Assembly (NCBI GenBank): GCA_964016885.1
Contig: OZ024753.1
Location: 1,302,001-1,366,000 of the forward strand
DNA length: 64,000 nt
Source: Eledone cirrhosa
Taxonomy: Eukaryota
Direction of reading: 5' to 3'
In this document: positions 29,544-43,797 of the stretch, piece after piece
Numbering within the stretch: the first letter of the stretch is position 1
How the letters are laid out: every line of letters starts with the position of its first letter
Notes under the pieces: model-generated
Seen by the model: the letters and a program-made list of their open reading frames with translations, nothing else
The model's database searches: none
What the model was told of the DNA's origin: nothing
Translations under genes and position numbers: made by a program

Positions 29544-31019
29544 GATGTAGCGCCCAGTCCACACTGTAAAGTGGTCATGTAGGTGTCACGACAAAAAGCA
29601 CCCAACCCACACTTTAAGTTGGTCATGTAGGTGTCACGACAAAAAGCACCTAGTCCACATTGTAAAGTGATTGTGTAAACATCACGACAAAAAGCACCCA
29701 GCACACACTGTAAATGTGGTTGGTGTTAGGAAGGTCATCCAGCCGTAGAAACCAAGCCTAAATCAGTTCTGTGTTAGCGAAACGTGGGCCACCGACTTGA
29801 TCTCTCACAAAGGGACAGCTTGTCCCACCCATGCTAGCATGGAAAATGGACGTTAAATGATGATGGTGATAATGATGATTATGCATGTATGGGAATTTTG
29901 TATATCTAAAGATATATGGTATGTTTAATAAACATTTTCAAAGCCCAGCTATGAATATTGAAAGGCTGACAGCCAGCGCCGTCTAGTGGATTCCAGGAGA
30001 AGCAGTGAGGGGCAACTGTTTCTGCGCATTTTGAGCTACTGACTTTCATCAGAACAGAGCTTCCCTGCTCTCTATTGGAACTTTAAAACGGGCAAAAATA
30101 TAGAGTATTTTTGCCGGTAGAGGAGAGCTTATTAACCTCATTTGCATATGAAGCTGTATAAGTTGGCTCAACTTAAAAGTAGAATTAAAATTTAGCTTCA
30201 TCATAGCTGTATACATATATGTGAATTTCATATATCTAAAGATATGCGGTCTGTTTAACAAACATTTTGAAAGCCCAGCTATGAATATTGAAAGGAAGAT
30301 GGCCAGATTTATCAAAGATTAGGTCATTGTTATTAATAAATAATATCTCCAACTGAAAATCATGACAGAAACCTCTCAAGTTTTATCTAATATTCACAAA
30401 AATCTACACTAATCTATATTTACTATAGCATTTACATTACTCTATATATACTATTGCATTTTTATGGTAAAGACTTTACCTCACATAATATCGAATCTAT
30501 GAGATTTTGATATTTATTTTGAGAACAATATCTTGACATAAGTATGAGTGGCCAGTTATAGCCAGTTTGAGCAGTAATAGTTGAGAGAATTCTGGCTGGA
30601 TACAGCCAGTTTAAATTCTAAAGGGTTAAGGCTTTTTTTTTTTTTCTATGATGGCATAGACTGGACAGTATGTCTTCTGGACAGTATGTCTTCATATATC
30701 ATGATCTTCTGTCATCTTATCCTTGAGACCCAGTTACTTAGGATGTTATATATATGTGTGTGTGTGTGTATGCCAGATATCCATAAATAAAAGGTCAAGG
30801 AAAACTATGCTCAATCTATTGCAAGAGAACTTATTTAGTTTGTTTCATAATTTTTTCCTAGCACCCGATGAGAGGCCAGTTTTAAACATCTCTACTATAC
30901 AGTGTTGGCCATAACTGGACCACAAAACCTAAGGTTAGGCATACATGTTATGTGCATTAAATTTTTAATAGAAGTGGTTGATAACTTCTGATATCTAAGC
31001 AACATAATTTGCAATAGAG

Positions 31020-31240
31020 GAGGGTGCTCTGAGAGCATAATAGCTAGAATAAGGATAATATGGAACAAGTTCAGAGAGCTACTCTCAGTGTTGACCACAA
31101 AAGGTTTCTCCCTACATACAAAAAGACGACTGTATGATGCCTGTGTGCAAATTGCAATGCAGAAGATATGCTTAGACTGGAGAGAAATGAAGCAACCAAG
31201 CTCAGTTGGATGTGCAATATAAATGGGAGAGAAAGTCAGA
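31020..31240 (+). mobile_element. Degenerate RTE LINE fragment
   Basis: ARIRIIWNKFRELLSVLTTKGFSLHTKRRLYDACV; homologous to 46230-46375(-). Confidence 0.7.
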
Positions 31241-31287
31241 GCTTAGACATTTCAGGTATGTTCATTACATATTTTATTTTTCAGATA

Positions 31288-31616
31288 TAATATATTTTAA
31301 AATATTTATCCTATTAAAACTTTACATCATAATTGTTATGCATATATTCTAAATAATATATTTTAAAATATTTATCCTATTAAAACTTTACATCATAATT
31401 GTTATGCATATATTCTAAATAATATATTTTAAAATATTTATCCTATTAAAACTTTACATCATAATTGTATATTAAAACTTTACATCATAATTGTTATGCA
31501 ATGTTCTAAATAATATATTCTAAATAATATATTTTTAAATATTTATCCTATTAAAACTTTACATCATAATTATATATTAAAACTTTACATGATAATTGTT
31601 ATGCAATGTTCTAAAT
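31288..31616. repeat. AT-rich tandem repeat of about 66 bp
   Basis: AATATTTATCCTATTAAAACTTTACATCATAATTG recurs 4 times, plus partial copies. Confidence 0.85.
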
Positions 31617-32470
31617 ATCTGTTCACTAATGAAAAACTTAGTTATTTTATTAAATTCCTCCATTTTCTAAATTAACTGAAAGACATAGTTAGTGTATTTC
31701 ATTAGAAATATGGTAATTAAAGAGTTAAACCTTTACACAGTTCATAATAGTTATTGTAAGAGGACTGAAATATTTCAATTACAGATCGAAAATCTTTTAC
31801 TATGGGTGTGTATCAAACACCAAAATTTATAATTGAGTATTTTCTTCAATAACCTGGCTTTATACATTATAGATGTCCAGCCAGAATGTTTTCTATTTCT
31901 CAATATATGGAACTACTTTATCTAATGTGTCCTTTGTTTTAAATGATAGGGTGTGATTTGGGGGAGATTTATCTGCTAATACTAGCAGGACGACTAACTA
32001 CATATAGACCCTATCACTGGTTCCAAAATTACCTTGTAAAACAAAATTCATTTGTAGTGATTAAATGAAAAGTATTGTTTTCAGATAGTCAAAGGATAAT
32101 AGGTTGGGATTATGAACAAGATTTATTGATTACACTAGCGACTAAGAGTTGTTGATATAAATAAATAGTGATATTAAGAAATAGTTACTTTAATTCGACT
32201 ATTGTCATCTGATTAGATATAATCCATTAATAAGTTTTTTAGTTGTTTTGTTCATATTTTTGGTTTTGTTTTTTTTGAAGTGGCTTATTAATAAAACAGA
32301 ACTGCTTGCATTCTTAATCCATAATCACATAAATACACTACTGGTTCATTCTACTAATCTTTCTGGTGAGAGCCTCTCCAAAAGCAAAACAGATGTACAA
32401 ACGCTAAAAATCTATTTGACAACAAATTTATAAAGTCTTATTACCTTGTCACTAAAGTAGTACATACAGG

Positions 32471-32622
32471 ATGAATAAACTACAGGGCAAGAAGAAGAAG
32501 AAGCAAGAAGAAGAGGAAGAAGAAGAACGAGAAATTCCAATTGAGACGATGCGTACCATTGTCGTTCAACACAAGGCCCAACTTGCACTTGAAGTCATGA
32601 AAGTCTCAGAATCCATCAAACT
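32471..32622 (+). CDS. Heterotrimeric G-protein gamma subunit (cephalopod photoreceptor type), coding exon 1: MNKLQGKKKKKQEEEEEEEREIPIETMRTIVVQHKAQLALEVMKVSESIK
   Basis: acag|gATG start context and donor CT|gtaagt (phase 2). The poly-K/poly-E N-terminus matches my recollection of squid photoreceptor G-gamma; KVSESI resembles the GGL-domain KVS motif. Confidence 0.88.
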
Positions 32623-34012
32623 GTAAGTGTTTTGTAGATATTTGGACAAATGTTTGTAAATATACATCTAAACAATTAATATATGTACATACATACATAT
32701 TGGTAAAATTTATAAAATTATATAAAACCAGAAGAACATACATACATACATGCATGCATATATACATACATACATACATACATACATACATGCATATATA
32801 CATACATACATACATGCATATAGACATACATACATGCATATATACATACATACAGGATGATGATGATGATGGCTGCAACTCTATTTCAAGTAAAGCTTTC
32901 GCTTGATACTTAAGCATGAGCATCATGGACGTGGCTTTTTAGCCCTGTAATGGGACTTGGCTATGTTCAGCAATGCCATACATTGCAAAAAATGTCACAT
33001 ATCAAGCGATACCTGTTCTTGAAGCTTTTTTAAGTGAGGAAAGGCTTTGCACAGAGCCAATCCCACTCTCGGAACATCGAATGCATTTGCCCCAAAAGAA
33101 GAACTGATCTACATCATTGGATGCACATGAAGTCACAGGTTTTATATCAGAGTGACCTTCTCCTAGAGAGATGTTTTAATGAAAACTGGGTGTCTCTTGC
33201 TCCACAAAAAAAAAAAAAAAAAAAAAAAAATATTGGATGGCCGTTGACTCTCCTGAGTTCCTCCACACTTTGATGGGTTTTGTTTTTCATCCCACAGGGT
33301 GTCCAAGATCACCTTCCTCACCAAGTAAGTGAGGTTGCAGGTTTAGATTCTGACGACCTGACCATGCACAGGTTGCATTGGGTTACATATTACCTGTAGC
33401 ACTGAAGAACAACCTGACAAATATATATATACAGACATACATACACATATACAGACATACATATTTATATACATACATATCTTTATGCATACATATCTTT
33501 ATGCATACATATATACATACACATTTATATACATACATACAATGTTCGCCCTTCATTACAAAAGTTGACCATGTACAAGTAAAATGAAAAGAAAAGTGAT
33601 GAAAATAATGGAGTTTTATCTGTATGTGCGAAGGTGGCTTGTTAATCCTTTTTCTTCTTTGAATAGCCTATGACAATGAGGGCAGGGAATGCTCAGCCCT
33701 GGGCCAATTTGAGGGTTTTAGGTTACAACTTGTCTTTATTCCATTTTCCTCTTCTGTTGCTCTATACAATCTACTTCACTGTTATATGCATACATACATA
33801 CAAACCTATATATATATATATATAACGAAGGAAATGTGGTAAGGAACCAGGTGGACCATAACGCACCAAAGTACTCAATACTTAGGGTAGTAGAGTGGGT
33901 AATAGGAACCAGTAAGACCCCGACGGCTGAGCTCAAGCTGTTTCGACGGCTAATTCTGGACTGAATTAGCCATTGAAACGGCTCGAGCTCAGCCGTCAGG
34001 GTCTTACTGGTT

Positions 34013-34064
<52 letters not shown>

Positions 34065-34354
34065 CAGGGTAGCCAAAAAAATGTATACACACTTCAACAG
34101 CATTCTAATAAATATTGGCTGCACAGGTAATCAAAGTGTGTATATATATATATTTTTTTTGGGGGGGGGGGGGCCCTGTGTATATGTATGTATGTATGTA
34201 TATATATATATATATAATAATTTAACTCCGTAATAGCACCACCAACTACAAAAACAAAGACGGTTGAACTGCTTTATGTTGAGTACTCTCTATTATTGCA
34301 TTACAATTGACCATACGGAATAGACCAGCTCTATACAGTGGTGAACCTCAAACC

Positions 34355-34398
<44 letters not shown>

Positions 34399-34627
34399 TA
34401 GATAGATAGATATAGATAACTAGATAGATAGATGCATTGCCAAAGAAAAATCAGATAGCAAGTAAAAGAACCTACATAAAGATGGTAAAATTCAGATTTT
34501 TTATATACATATATATGTAACTTTGATAGGTTTCAGCGAGTACTGGCCCAGGGCATGTCTAAATGGCACCACCTGACGAAGACTTTCAAATCAGGATTTG
34601 GACTCCATGACGTACTCAAGTAGAGAG

Positions 34628-34661
<34 letters not shown>

Positions 34662-34817
34662 CGTAAAATTATAAATCATATTGTTTGACAAATACACAGG
34701 TCAACTAGACTACTACAAATAGTCATTGTTAGAACCTAAAGTCAGCTTTACCAATTTAAAATTTAACAATTTTTATTTGGAGCAGTAACACACACACAAA
34801 TATATATATATATATAT

Positions 34818-35316
<499 letters not shown>

Positions 35317-37161
35317 CAGGTACTAAATGAGTTGTTTGATGCAATATTGCGTGCGCGCGTGCGTGCAGGATGTCCCCAAAAATATATATACACTTCAACA
35401 GCATTCTTATAAATATTGCCTGTATAGGTAATCAAATTGTGCATACATTTTGGGGGGTATGCCCTGTATATTTATATATAATTGTTTTCTCTACAGTTAC
35501 AAGTGAAAATATCTTGTCAACAATAGAATTACTTGCTCGAGTCACCAAACAACTAACCCTTTTGATATCAAACTGCCTGAAACTATCCTGGATCATTTTT
35601 AAATGTCTATCCTTATATTTAACCTTCAATCTTTATTTTAAATTAAGTAACTTTCTAAATATAGGCTTACTATTGAAAAACTTATTTTACTATGGGTGTA
35701 ACAAACACCAAAATACAGAGAGTTCATTTTATAATCGAGTATTTTCTTCAATATTCTGGCATTATATATTACTAGCAGAAAACCACCCTTCGGATGGTTT
35801 TCTGCTAGCATGTGTAGTGTGTATATTGATATTATACACAAATATATATACATGTAGATATGATACATCAAATAAAATCGTAATTGACAATATATACAGA
35901 AATTGAACAAAGACTCTGTTACACTGTCTTATGTAATCAGTAACTTAATCCATGATACATTAGAAAAAGACGATATTATATATAAACTGCATTAACCCTT
36001 TAGCATTTGCACTACTTTATTTATACTATTGTATTTATACTAAAGTCTTTATCTTACAAAATATCTCACTTAATATTAAATCTATGGGATTTTGATATTT
36101 ATTTTGAGATCAATACCTTAACGCCAATATGAGCAGCTGGTTACAGCTGGTTTGAACAGAAAGAGGTGTGAGAGTTCTAGCTGGATATGGCCGGTTTAAA
36201 TGCTAAAGGGTTAGGAGAAAATTAGTGATGGAAATATATGAATGTTTATTTAAGTGATCGCTAACCGGAAGTGTTGACATTTGAAAATTTTAAAGAAGTG
36301 AATCTTAAAATAAGCAACAAAATTATTTATATTTAATCAAGAATAACGAAATTTAGTAGATAAATTATGTAATATTCATTCATTATTTATTCAAAGTAAT
36401 CCAACTTATTTTACAAACGGGATAAAAAAATATATGTTGGACGCAGTCCCGCACTCCTTACTTTATTATAGTTTAGACAGATGTTCAGCCAGAATGTTTG
36501 CTATTGCTCAATATATGGAACTTTTAGTTCTTGACAGTTTAATCTAATAATTAACCCTTTAACATTTACATTACTCTATATTTAGTATTGTAATTTCACG
36601 GTAAAGGCTTTACCTCACATAATATCTCACATAACTCACATAATATCAAATCTATGAGATTTTGATATTTATTTTTAGAACAATGCCTTAACATCAGTAT
36701 GAGTAGCAAGTTACAGCTGGTTTGAACAGAAAGAGGTGAGAGAATTCTGGCTGGATATGGCCGGTTTAAATGTTAATGGGTTAAACATAATTTTTCCTCT
36801 TACAAGACATCTAATTTTAGAACCTTTCAGAAAAGGTGAGGTATCATCTGGATATAATGTGTTACATATACAAGAGAATGAGTATTTGGTAGTATCTACA
36901 TATATTTATACAAGCTGTGATAATCTAACAAATAAAACTGCCACAAATACCACCACCATCAATACCATTCCCTTGTAGAAAACCAAATGTAATCCATGAT
37001 TTAAAGTTTTTTCAATATCATGCTGAACACACATACTAAAAAATGACAAGACACAATTTCAATTTATTTGCATACATTTTAGCAATACCCCCTATATTTT
37101 AGTTCAGACTCAATTTTTACTTCTTACCAGAGAAGCAACACCATCATGAATTTCATATGGT

Positions 37162-37292
37162 CAGTGTTGGATTTAGGAAAAATGAGGTCTTGTGCTAGTT
37201 AAGTTACTTGGGCCCTAAAGATGGGTCCCCATTCCTGGGCAACAGAGCCCTGTGCTTAAACACACCTATGGACATTGGTAAATCTGGCACTG
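37162..37292. mobile_element. hAT-like MITE with 8-bp TSD
   Basis: CAGTG...CACTG ends; flanks CATATGGT / CATATGTT. Confidence 0.7.
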
Positions 37293-38080
37293 CATATGTT
37301 ATCAACATAGCTTAACAATGTACCAAACAGAAATGTTACTGTAGTGAATGAATCAGGAATTAAGTCCCCACCCAAAAAGATTTGATGGCTACATTATCTT
37401 CACTTTCACACAAAATCCTTACTACTATATATGTACTTATAAATTACAATATCTGTTGACTCATTTATAAACAGCACTAACTTCTTATGTTGCACACATT
37501 CCCTCAAATCTGCCTCTAAAACAAACCTCACCATATTTTTAATGCTTTTAAAGCACATGATTTAACCCTTTAAGCATTTAAACTTGCCGTATCTGGCCAT
37601 AATTCTCTCATCTCTTTCTCTTCAAACTGGCTATAATCGGCTGCTCATACTTATGTTAAGACATTGTTCTCAAAATAAATAATATCAAAATCTCATTATT
37701 CAATATTATGCGAGCTAATCATGTAAGATAAAGTGTTTACCATGAAAATAAAATAGTAAATATAGAATAATGTAAATGCTAAAGAGTTAATATATGTAGA
37801 TACTACTAAGGGTGCTAGTTACATATCCGTTCGTCTTTTATAACTTCACTCAAATGATCAATAACCATCACTAAACAATGACAAGTAACTGCTATTCATC
37901 ATCATCATTAGCACCATCCACATTGTTTTTACGTCCAGTATTCCATGCTAGCATGGGCTGAACGGGATGCTTTCAGACAATGTTTTACAGTTGGATGTCT
38001 TTCCTGGAACCAACCCTTTTAGACATCTCTTACAACATGCAAGGATATGGTGTACTTATTTTAAAGTCCACGATGCACAT

Positions 38081-38126
<46 letters not shown>

Positions 38127-38276
38127 ATGTATGAATTCTTTGTGTTCTGAGGATTTGATCAGAGGTAAATAATGTATTGGAGATTGAGTGACGCATCTTC
38201 GAGCCTCAAAACTCACCTGATCAATGAAACAATAAAGCCTGTTGTTGTACAGCCGACCATGTTACTCTTCAATCTT

Positions 38277-38327
<51 letters not shown>

Positions 38328-38374
38328 TGCCCCCTCGTTATCGAGTATGGCCATTGCACAATAAAAAAAAAAAA

Positions 38375-38409
<35 letters not shown>

Positions 38410-38412
38410 AAA

Positions 38413-38482
<70 letters not shown>

Positions 38483-38495
38483 AAAAAGGGAAAAG

Positions 38496-38526
<31 letters not shown>

Positions 38527-38648
38527 TATACATACATATATATATACACATATATATACACACACACATACATACACATACATACATATATACACACACA
38601 CATACATACACATACACTCACACATATATACACACATACATTAATAAC

Positions 38649-38688
<40 letters not shown>

Positions 38689-38767
38689 GCAATAATAATA
38701 ATAACGACAACAACAATAATAATATACATATTCATATATATATACACACACACGCACGCACATAAGC

Positions 38768-38811
<44 letters not shown>

Positions 38812-39180
38812 GATAGCAACTAACAGTGCTGCGATCGAATGTGGCTTTTTAGCCCAGCCAATGATCTAAAATGTCTTGCACAGAGTCGGCAACCAAAACA
38901 TTTATATATATATATATACACAAGAAAAATGCTGAAGTTTTGTTTTTATTGTGCATCAACCTGTTACACACGTTTTGCAGACGATTGGTTCAAGGTCACC
39001 CATACAAGTTATGAACTTGACTCCAGTATTGATCTGCTCGTCAGACTGGTGATTCAACTGCATACACTATACGCGAGTGTGCATGCATGAGAGTGTGTGT
39101 GTATGCACACTCATATATATATATATATGCACACTAATATAAATACATATATATACATATATACATATATATACATATAT

Positions 39181-39253
<73 letters not shown>

Positions 39254-39472
39254 TACATATATATACATATATACACATATATATATATATACATATATAT
39301 ACATATATATACATATATACATATATATACATATATATACATATATATACATATACACATATATACATATATATACATATATATACATATATATACATAT
39401 ATACATATATATACATATATATACATATATATACATATATATAAATATATACACATATATATACATATATAC

Positions 39473-39819
39473 ATCATCATCATCATCATCATTTCATTTT
39501 ACGTCCGCTTTTCCCTGCTTGCAAGGGTGGGACAGGAACTGATTCTGGCTTGATTTCTACAGCTGGATGCCCTTCCTAACACCAACCTCATTTACAGTGA
39601 GTGCTGGGTGCTTTTTTGCCGTGGCACCTACACGACCACTTTGCAGTGGAATGATAAGGACCTCAGTCCCTATCATCTCATTTCTACAGCTGAGTAAACT
39701 GGAGCAATGTGAAATAAAGTGTCTTGCTCAAGGAAACAACACACCACCCGGTCTGAGAATTGAACTCACAACCTTTCGATTGCAGGGCCAATGCTCTAAC
39801 CACTAAGCCATGTGCCTCC
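39473..39819 (-). mobile_element. SINE S2 full-length copy
   Basis: Reverse complement of 18424-18762. Confidence 0.85.
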
Positions 39820-39859
39820 TCTATTTACATATATATATACATATCTTCTAGTATGTCCA

Positions 39860-40400
39860 TGCAGGGTCTCCCACAGCAGCACTGAGTGCAGTGTCAACTC
39901 AATGTTGGTGAGCATGTCCAGCTAACCTCAGTCTCCTCTCTGTTACTTTCAAGCTGTCTTTTGGGAGGCTCCCGTACAGCTCTGAGTTCTTCATCCTCAG
40001 TGTATACTGATTAATGTTCAGAGCCATCCTCAGCATCCTTGTGTAGCATCTATCCACCATATGAGTGAGTTTCTTGGTCAGTGTCCAAGTCTCTGACCTG
40101 TACAGTAGCACAGACTCCCCTGTTGCAACGAAGAGACAGATCTTCAGGTCTCTACGAAGGTCCAACTTCCACACCGATCTCAATCTGTGGCACGCCGCCC
40201 AGACTTTGCTCTTCCTCTCAACCACATCATCCTCTGTATTCCCAATCTTTGCTCCCAGGGACAGGAAGTCCTCAACCAACTCTAGCGGCTTCCTACCTAC
40301 ATTCATAATCTTCTCTGGCTTCTTAATATTCTCTACCAGATATTTCGTCTTAATCTCATTCATTCTCAGCCCCACACTCATCGACACAGTCTCCACCTCC
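39860..40400 (-). mobile_element. RTE-like LINE RT C-terminal fragment
   Basis: VGLRMNEIKTKYL...SVLLYRSETWTLTK...YTRMLRMAL...RRLRLAGH. Confidence 0.85.
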
Positions 40401-41239
40401 TCATATCATCATCATCATCACGTCCGTTCTTCCACGCTAGCATGGGTTAGACGGGTTGTCCTGTTGTGGGCACTTTCTGGTTGGCTGACCATGCCTTGCT
40501 CATACAGGAACTGATTTGGCTTGATTTCTACAGCTGGATGCCCTTCCTAACACCAAACTCATTTACAGTGAGTGCTGGGTGCTTTTTCGTGGCGCCTACA
40601 CGTCCACTTTACAGTGTGGGCTGGGTGCTTTTTTGCCGTGGCACCTCCACGACCACCTTGTGGGGGGGGGGGGGCATATTGTCTATATGTTTCAGCTTGT
40701 ACCCATGGGAGGTCGGGTACTCTGTATTACTGCGTGACGCCTGAGGTCACGGTCGTGTGTCATTGCCTTTGAGAGGTGTAATTGGGTACACTATACATAT
40801 GTGTGTGTGTGTAAACCCATGATAGCGTGGAAGATAGACATTAAACGATGATATATATATACACTATACATATGTGTGTGTGTCATCATCATCATTTCAT
40901 TTTATGTCCGCTTTTCCCTGCTTGCAAGGGTGGGACGGGAACTGATTCTGGCTTGATTTCTACAGCTGGATGCCCTTCCTAACACCAACCTCATTTACAG
41001 TGAGTGCTGGATGCTTTTTTACCATGGCACCTCCAGGACCACTTTGCAGTGGAATGATAGGGACGGGACCCCAATCTCCCTATCATCTCATTTCTACAGC
41101 TGAGTAAACTGGAGCAATGTGAAATAAAGTCTCTTGCTCAAGGAAACAACACATCACCTGGTCTGAGAATTGAACTCACAACCTTTCGATTGCAAGGTCA
41201 ATGCTCTAACCACTAATCCATATATATATATATATATAT

Positions 41240-41591
41240 ATTAGAAAGTGAGGTTTTTTTTACAAAATGAAAAATAACCGAGGTGTCCTACACGAGTGAA
41301 AGTATAAAGAAAAAAAGTTGAAATCGAAAATGCAACTGGAGTCTTATTTTTTTTTTAAATATATATATTTATTTGGTTCCTTTACCGGTTTCGCAGTTCT
41401 TCTGCTTTTCAAAAGTAGAGTTGAGATGGAGGGTCTGTGGTTTTTCTCACATCTGAGAAAAACCACAGACCCTCCATCTCAACTCTACTTTTGAAAAGCA
41501 GAAGAACTGCGAAACTGGTAAAGGAACCAAATAAATATATATTTTTTTTTTAAATAAGACTCCAGTTGCATTTTCGATTTCATCTTTTTTT

Positions 41592-41598
<7 letters not shown>
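41240..41598. mobile_element. Fold-back hammerhead element between (TA)n tracts, in the G-gamma intron
   Basis: Arms of about 145 bp at 41303-41449 / 41454-41598 around the loop CATC. Confidence 0.78.
41488..41523 (+). ncRNA. Minimal hammerhead ribozyme, U3-A8 core variant
   Basis: ctt TTGAAAA gcag-aagaa-ctgc GAA ACTGGT A aag. The mirror copy (minus strand, about 41380-41415) keeps the palindromic ACCGGT. Confidence 0.72.
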
Positions 41599-41645
<47 letters not shown>

Positions 41646-43064
41646 GTGTTGCTATTATTAAGTATAGACTTAACCAGAAAGTTTAAAGCTCAATGCAGAA
41701 GGATTCATGCAGAGCTGATATATAAATGTGTGTGCATGTGTGTGTCTTATTTTTAGCATACATGCCCACCATGAGCAGGTTCACTATTATATTGAATCAT
41801 GGAACTTGTTAGAGCTGACCTTGTACCATGAAATAATCATACAATGTTTGGCAACTAACTGATTTGACCTCCTTCTAAGTCAATAAGCCATAGCTGAAAA
41901 TGGTAATTATCAAGAACATTCTAAACAATGAGAAGGAATTGGAGTAAGTTCCGACATATATTCCAAATATCCCCTCTTTTTATGCAAAACAATGCCATAT
42001 CATACATACTATTCAACAACCATTATGATTGCAATTTCATCATTGACAGGTGCAGGTATCTCTATTCATGTTCCAATAATGGTTTTATGGTCATCAGTGT
42101 CTTTCACAGAACCAGAGCATTATTTTACATGGGTTTTGGGTGAAGCATTTCCTGTAACTTCATGATTAAGTACAACTGCAATCCCTCATGGACATTGGTA
42201 TATCTTTGTTGGGCCTCTGTTGCATTGTTGCCCATAAAGTAAACCTGTACAAATTTGTGAGGTTCCTGAGGTAGTGGCAGAAGGCTACTCATTAAGTTGT
42301 AGCACCATCCCTGAATTTTATTAATTGTATGGAACTGAATGTCTATCATGTTCTTGTCAGCTCTGAATGTTATCATTTGAGAGAGGGCAAATTCTTAAGA
42401 AATCCAGGAAGCTCTGATATTGTGAGAAGGTTAATTTTGCTGCTTGAGCAGAAAAAATATCAAAATGGTTTCCCCTTTCACAGACAACATATATAACACT
42501 GCAATACTTCAATTGGCTATATGAAGCTTGACCATTTTAATATCAAACCACCTAAAACTGCCCTAGGTTCTATGATATAAAGCTGTTTGTTTTTATTTGA
42601 AAATCTTCAATCATTATTTTATGTAAAGACCTTTGTTAAGTTATATTCCAAATACTAGATTAATATGATTTCGAATTTAGGCATAAAGCCAGCAAATTGA
42701 TGGGAGGATAAAGTTTAGTATATTGACCCAGTACTTTACTGGTACTTTATTTTATCGACCTCAGAATGATGGAAGGAAAAGTTAACCATTGTGGGATTTC
42801 AACACAGAATATAAAGGGGCCATAACTAAATACTGCAAAGCCTTTTGTCCTACACCCTAACAATTCTGCCAATCCCCACCCTACACCAGTTAAACATGAG
42901 ACTATTAGGTATTAGGTGCTCTGAAATAGCGATGTCTACATGAATGTATGTACAGTATATTTGGCAATATACCGTATGTTTAATTAAAAACATTTAGAAG
43001 ACCATACGCTATCAGTTTTAAAGTAGTGACTATGTCACTTATTTTCGGCAAAGGCTAGGAGAGA

Positions 43065-43105
43065 GGCTGACAGCTGTTTCTCGCTGTTTGGCGTTTATCA
43101 AAGCC
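43065..43105 (-). ncRNA. Hammerhead ribozyme, U3-A8 variant with extended stem I
   Basis: Minus strand reads GGCT TTGATAA acgc-caaaca-gcga GAA ACAGCTGT C AGCC. The flanking inverted repeat 43041-43059 / 43115-43132 extends stem I across an internal loop. Confidence 0.78.
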
Positions 43106-43442
43106 ACGCACTCACCTGCCTTTGCCGAAAATTATAGAAGCTGGATTCTTATAGAATTCCAGTAATAATCAGGAGCTTATTGTTAAAGTAGTAAACCCCT
43201 AAGCAGTCTTTCTTGAGCATAACACTTCATTTCACGTTACTCCAGTATACTCAGTTGAAAATGAGTACCAGCAATAGCTGGGAGTTTAACCTTGCGATGG
43301 ACTGGTGTCCTATCCAGGGGGAAGTCTTGTACACTCGGTCGCTTCATGCCTTGAAACCAGGATAAGCACCGGTTCAATGCACTGCTTGCAGCACACAAGG
43401 GTGCGCCAAAAACAACCAAATGTCAGGGAGGATTCATGATCT

Positions 43443-43654
43443 ATGAGTAAATACTTGAATAATGAGTAAATACTTGAATAAAGAGTAAATACTTGAATAA
43501 AGAGTAAATACTTGAATAAAGAGTAAATACTTGAATAATGAGTAAATACTTGAATAATGAGGAAATACTTGAATAATGAGGAAATACTTGAATAATGAGG
43601 AAATACTTGAATAATGAGTAAATACTTGAATAATGAGTAAATACTTGAATAATG
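43443..43654. repeat. 19-bp tandem repeat, about 11 copies (ATGAGTAAATACTTGAATA)
   Basis: Direct inspection; variants AAGAG and ATGAGG occur in blocks. Confidence 0.95.
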
Positions 43655-43760
43655 CGTCAACTCAACCATCTCTCACTAGAAAACTACAATTTAAAAAATG
43701 ATATGGAAAACAAACCTTTAGTAAAGTCTAAAAAGTGAGGTCTTTGAGGTGGCCAGAAGT

Positions 43761-43797
<37 letters not shown>

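Noticed and set aside
35370-35906. 178-aa ORF
   Set aside because: It starts within a MITE and has AT-rich low-information composition with no recognisable motif or splice support.
41950-42480. Possible decayed Tc1-like transposase (GNNATEAQQRY)
   Set aside because: Too degenerate to support without a profile search.
43443-43654. 19-bp array as CRISPR or iterons
   Set aside because: A simple minisatellite with no spacers.
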